Shown: positions 60,823 to 64,000 of the stretch, in pieces
How positions within the stretch are numbered: the stretch's first letter is position 1
How the letters are laid out: each line of letters begins with the position of its first letter
Assembly (NCBI GenBank): GCA_965197415.1
Contig: OZ240207.1
Location: forward strand, 2,790,491-2,854,490
Direction of reading: 5' to 3'
DNA length: 64,000 nt
Origin: Dehalococcoidia bacterium
Lineage (GTDB): Bacteria; Chloroflexota; Dehalococcoidia; Lucifugimonadales; JAGWBF01
Program-made: the position numbers and the translations under genes
Notes under the pieces: generated by a model
What the model was told of the DNA's origin: nothing
Databases searched by the model: none
What the model saw: the letters and a program-made list of their open reading frames with translations, nothing else

Positions 60823-61449
60823 TCAGGCGCTGGGTTCCGTAACGTATGCCGCCAATATGAGGTCTAACTCAACCATCAACAGCTTATTCCAGGCAAGACT
60901 TGTCCTGGCCGCCAGCTCCTCGTTGTCCATTTCTGCGTCGAAGAGGGCTGCCAGCTTGGTCTGGTACATGGATATGACGCCGATGAGGTACTTGTAGGGC
61001 ACGGGAGGCAACGGGGGACGGTGCACCGCTACGCTGTAGTGCATTGTTCCGATGGCCGCAACATATCGGGAAAAGCCGTCGTTGATGTGGGCAAGACAGT
61101 TGTTCATCATCCAACGGATCATGGTCAGCTTGTTGTCGTCAATGCGCTTCCGGTCGGGGGAGCCGTTGTCGTGGACGAAGAACTTGCGCGATTCCGGGTA
61201 TTCCAGGAAATGGTCGTAAATGTGGTCTACGAAGCTCTGCAGCTTGGCTTGGACCAAGGGGCCGCTCGCTCTGATTAGGTCGAGGTCTTCGTCGGTGAGA
61301 CCGACGAACTCCGACATCTCACGAAATCGGGCGGGCCAATCACGCGGGTCAATCGGGGAATATGATTCCTGCTGGGGGATGGACTGCTCAGGCACGGCCA
61401 CGATGGTATCGGCTGGCAATCCCGCTGTCAAGCAGATTGGGCGAATCAC
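60823..61449 (-). CDS. Protoglobin / globin-sensor domain protein
   Basis: FVGLTDED..LI, FVDHIYDHF, IGTMH proximal His, AWNKLL; start uncertain. Confidence 0.78.
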   Translation of the reverse strand: MIRPICLTAGLPADTIVAVPEQSIPQQESYSPIDPRDWPARFREMSEFVGLTDEDLDLIRASGPLVQAKLQSFVDHIYDHFLEYPESRKFFVHDNGSPDRKRIDDNKLTMIRWMMNNCLAHINDGFSRYVAAIGTMHYSVAVHRPPLPPVPYKYLIGVISMYQTKLAALFDAEMDNEELAARTSLAWNKLLMVELDLILAAYVTEPSA

Positions 61450-61582
61450 CTGCGGCTATGCCCAATATAAACGAGCGTCTATAGCTTGACACATCGTCAA
61501 TAACCGTTAAAATAGTGTCATCATCAGACGGGCCAAACTATCGCCCGTCGGTCATGTCCAACGGAGCTAAGGAGGTTGGGTC

Positions 61583-61858
61583 ATGTGGAAGATCAACATC
61601 GACATCGTTTACTGCGTTCCTTGACAGTACCATGCAACCGCCACGTGGTTGGCGATGGAGTTTTTCAGGCACTTCGGTAAGGATGCGGCCATTTCCCTGA
61701 CGCCCGGCGCAAACGGCCGGCTTGAGGTCTACCTCGACGGGGAGAAGATCTTCGACCGCAAGGAAGAGGACGGCAAGTACCCCGACCTTACCAGGGTCAG
61801 GGAACTACGGGCTGTAATTCAGGAGAAGCTGGACGCAGTTCCCGTAGCCGCAGACTAG
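61583..61858 (+). CDS. SelT/SelW/SelH (Rdx) family selenoprotein, TGA at 61622-61624 read as Sec
   Basis: AAGGAGG RBS, MWKINIDIVYCVP-U-QY (CxxU), in frame with LTPG..GRLEVYLDGEKIFDRK...YPD; hairpin after the TGA. Confidence 0.92.
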
Positions 61859-61884
61859 CCTCAACCCGATACACCGAACACCCT

Positions 61885-62499
61885 TCAGGCCCTGCTTCGA
61901 AGCAGGGCCTGAACTTTCCCCCACACTTCTTCCGCCACGACTTCCTTGGAGGCCGACGCATCGACCGCCAGCCAGCCCACAGGGTCGTTGGCGGCCTGCT
62001 CCAGGTAGCCGTCTCTGACGCGTCGGTGAAAGTCCAGCGCCTCAGACTCGAACGTGTCGGGTTGGTCCGCCCGACGGGAGAGACCGACCTCCGGAGGGAG
62101 GTCCAGGAGCACGGTCAGGTCGGGCGATACGTCTCCGCAGGCCAGACCGTTGAGGCGACGCACCGTATCCAGATCGATCCCTCTGCCGTAGCCTTGGTAG
62201 GCTACGCTGGAGGCGGTGAACCTGTCACACAACACTACCTTGCCTGCTTCGAGAGACGGGCGAATCACGTCAGTGACGTGTTGGGCCCTGGCGGCCATGA
62301 ACAGCAGCAATTCGGCGTTCGCAGACAGGTCTCGACGACCCTTGACCCAGCGTCGAACTGCCTCCCCCAGAGGTCCACCGCCGGGTTCTCTGGTGGACAC
62401 GACGCTGTAACCCGCCCTGCTCAGGGCCGACGCCAGCCGTCTGGAATGGGTGGTCTTTCCGGAGCCGTCGCCGCCCTCGAACACAATGAAGGCAGTCAT
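61885..62499 (-). CDS. tmk: Thymidylate kinase
   Basis: FEGGDGSGKTT, TREPGG, CDRF..SSVAYQGYGRG. Confidence 0.96.
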   Translation of the reverse strand: MTAFIVFEGGDGSGKTTHSRRLASALSRAGYSVVSTREPGGGPLGEAVRRWVKGRRDLSANAELLLFMAARAQHVTDVIRPSLEAGKVVLCDRFTASSVAYQGYGRGIDLDTVRRLNGLACGDVSPDLTVLLDLPPEVGLSRRADQPDTFESEALDFHRRVRDGYLEQAANDPVGWLAVDASASKEVVAEEVWGKVQALLRSRA

Positions 62500-62503
62500 G
62501 GGC

Positions 62504-64000
62504 CTAGCCCTTGAAGAGGGTTACGTACCTGTTGGGTTCCTGGCCGCTGCTGGTGGAGGCTACGTCGTATTTCTCGGCCAATATATGTTGGAGGCGCCGA
62601 ATGTACGCCCGCTGCGGGGCCAACTCGACAGAGGTCGCTCCGTTCCTCACCCGCTCGGCAGCCTTCTCGGCCTCTTTCAAAGCGCCGTCCACCGTATCGT
62701 CGTCTTCCTCGCCGCCGCCCGATACGGACCGGAGCAGCTGCTGTATCTGGGGTCCTGAGTTTTTCCGAAGCACGTATATCGGCTTGCCGGCCCGTTCTGC
62801 GATTCTTACCAGCTGGGAGCCGCGCCGGTATAGGCTCTTGGTGGTCAGGACCACATCGGCCGCCCGCAGGTCGTTCACCACTCTCGTAGGGATTCCCAGG
62901 CTTCGGCCCGCGTCCTCGACTTTGTCCCTGCCCACGCCGAATAAGAACACTTTCACAGTCTGTCGGGAGCTTCTGTCGAGAACGCTGGGAGGTTCATAGC
63001 CGTAGGCGTCCTCCGGTCCATTCCGCCCGGGGCCGTTGACGACAGGAGCGGCCGGAACATAAACGCCGCCCACTTCACGGGTCTTGAGCACCTCACCTGC
63101 CTCGCTCAACCGGCGGGTTTCCGGGACAATGGGATAGCCCCGTAGCCATGTGTCCACGACGGTAGACACGTCCTCGTGGACGGCCACCTTTTCCCAGCTC
63201 TGTATCTCGACCACGACGTCAAAAGTGGGAGGAGCTTTACGTTCCAACGTCGTCTTTTGGGTCCCGCGCCGCCGGGCCTCATCATCGCCGAGGGTCACCG
63301 ACTGAATCCCTCCCACCAAGTCGGACAGCGTGGGATTCATCACTAAGTTGTCCAGGGTGTTGCCGTGGGCTGTGGCGATTAGTTGGACACCCCGTTCGGC
63401 TATGGTGCGGGCTGCTATGGCTTCCAACTCGGTGCCCATTTCGTCGATGATTATGACCTCGGGCATGTGGTTCTCCACGGCCTCGATCATCACGTTGTGT
63501 TGAAGCTCCGGGTGCGCCACCTGCATGCGCCGCGAGTGGCCTATGGCAGGGTGGGGAATGTCGCCGTCCCCTGCAATCTCGTTTGAGGTGTCCACGATAA
63601 TGACCCGCTTGCGGGCGTCGTCGGCCAGGACCCGGGCCACCTCTCGCAGCATGGTCGTTTTGCCCACTCCGGGGCGTCCCAGCAGAAGCACGCTTCTTCC
63701 CTGGAGAACGAGGTCCTCGATGATCTTGACGGCCCCCAGGACGGCGCGGCCCACGCGGCAGGTGATGCCCACGATGTCGCCCTTGCGGTTCCGCATGGCG
63801 GAGATGCGGTGGAGAGTTCGAGGAATGCCAGCCCGGTTGTCTCCTCCGAATTCACCGACACGGGAAACGACGTAGTCCAAGTCCTCCTGGTCGACTTCCC
63901 GGGAGTCCAGGAGCGCCTCTTCGTCAAAGAACCTGGCTTCCGGGGGTCTGCCCAGATCGAGAATCACCTCCAGAAGCTCTACCCTGTCCTCTCTAGCCTC
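62504..64000 (-). CDS. Ycf45/SpoIIIAA-like AAA ATPase with C-terminal R3H domain, 5'-truncated by window edge
   Basis: [41 protein letters not shown]; frame open to window end. Confidence 0.9.
   Translation of the reverse strand, partial: EAREDRVELLEVILDLGRPPEARFFDEEALLDSREVDQEDLDYVVSRVGEFGGDNRAGIPRTLHRISAMRNRKGDIVGITCRVGRAVLGAVKIIEDLVLQGRSVLLLGRPGVGKTTMLREVARVLADDARKRVIIVDTSNEIAGDGDIPHPAIGHSRRMQVAHPELQHNVMIEAVENHMPEVIIIDEMGTELEAIAARTIAERGVQLIATAHGNTLDNLVMNPTLSDLVGGIQSVTLGDDEARRRGTQKTTLERKAPPTFDVVVEIQSWEKVAVHEDVSTVVDTWLRGYPIVPETRRLSEAGEVLKTREVGGVYVPAAPVVNGPGRNGPEDAYGYEPPSVLDRSSRQTVKVFLFGVGRDKVEDAGRSLGIPTRVVNDLRAADVVLTTKSLYRRGSQLVRIAERAGKPIYVLRKNSGPQIQQLLRSVSGGGEEDDDTVDGALKEAEKAAERVRNGATSVELAPQRAYIRRLQHILAEKYDVASTSSGQEPNRYVTLFKG

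Overview
A GC-rich bacterial chromosomal window. The gene content (luciferase-like monooxygenase, paired MaoC/SDR/crotonase lipid-catabolism genes, CIRCE-controlled groESL, GAAC-N4-GTTC-type LexA boxes) suggests Chloroflexota, probably Dehalococcoidia/SAR202-like; this taxonomy is an inference. Housekeeping blocks are groESL, thrS, trmI, a TPP-riboswitch thiamine-salvage operon, sufBCDSUU, lexA, a pan operon, rpsP-khpA-rimM and tmk. Main points of interest: (1) three genes split by the ORF caller at in-frame TGA codons at the catalytic Cys position, each followed by a SECIS-like hairpin (OsmC-like, peroxiredoxin, SelW/Rdx), read here as selenoproteins; (2) a pantothenate operon with no panD, headed by a DmpA/S58-family hydrolase and a structured leader with a terminator, suggesting an alternative beta-alanine supply; (3) an AT-richer, translationally coupled P-loop nucleotide kinase + Nudix cassette that may be an undescribed nucleotide-targeting defence module; (4) a Cys-cluster HTH gene under a perfect extended SOS-box palindrome; (5) other conflict modules (ABC-ATPase + DUF4276, a HEPN pair, an orphan antitoxin with a vapC remnant), several unannotated metal-binding microproteins and a candidate ~190-nt structured RNA. 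No CRISPR array, rRNA or tRNA was recognised.
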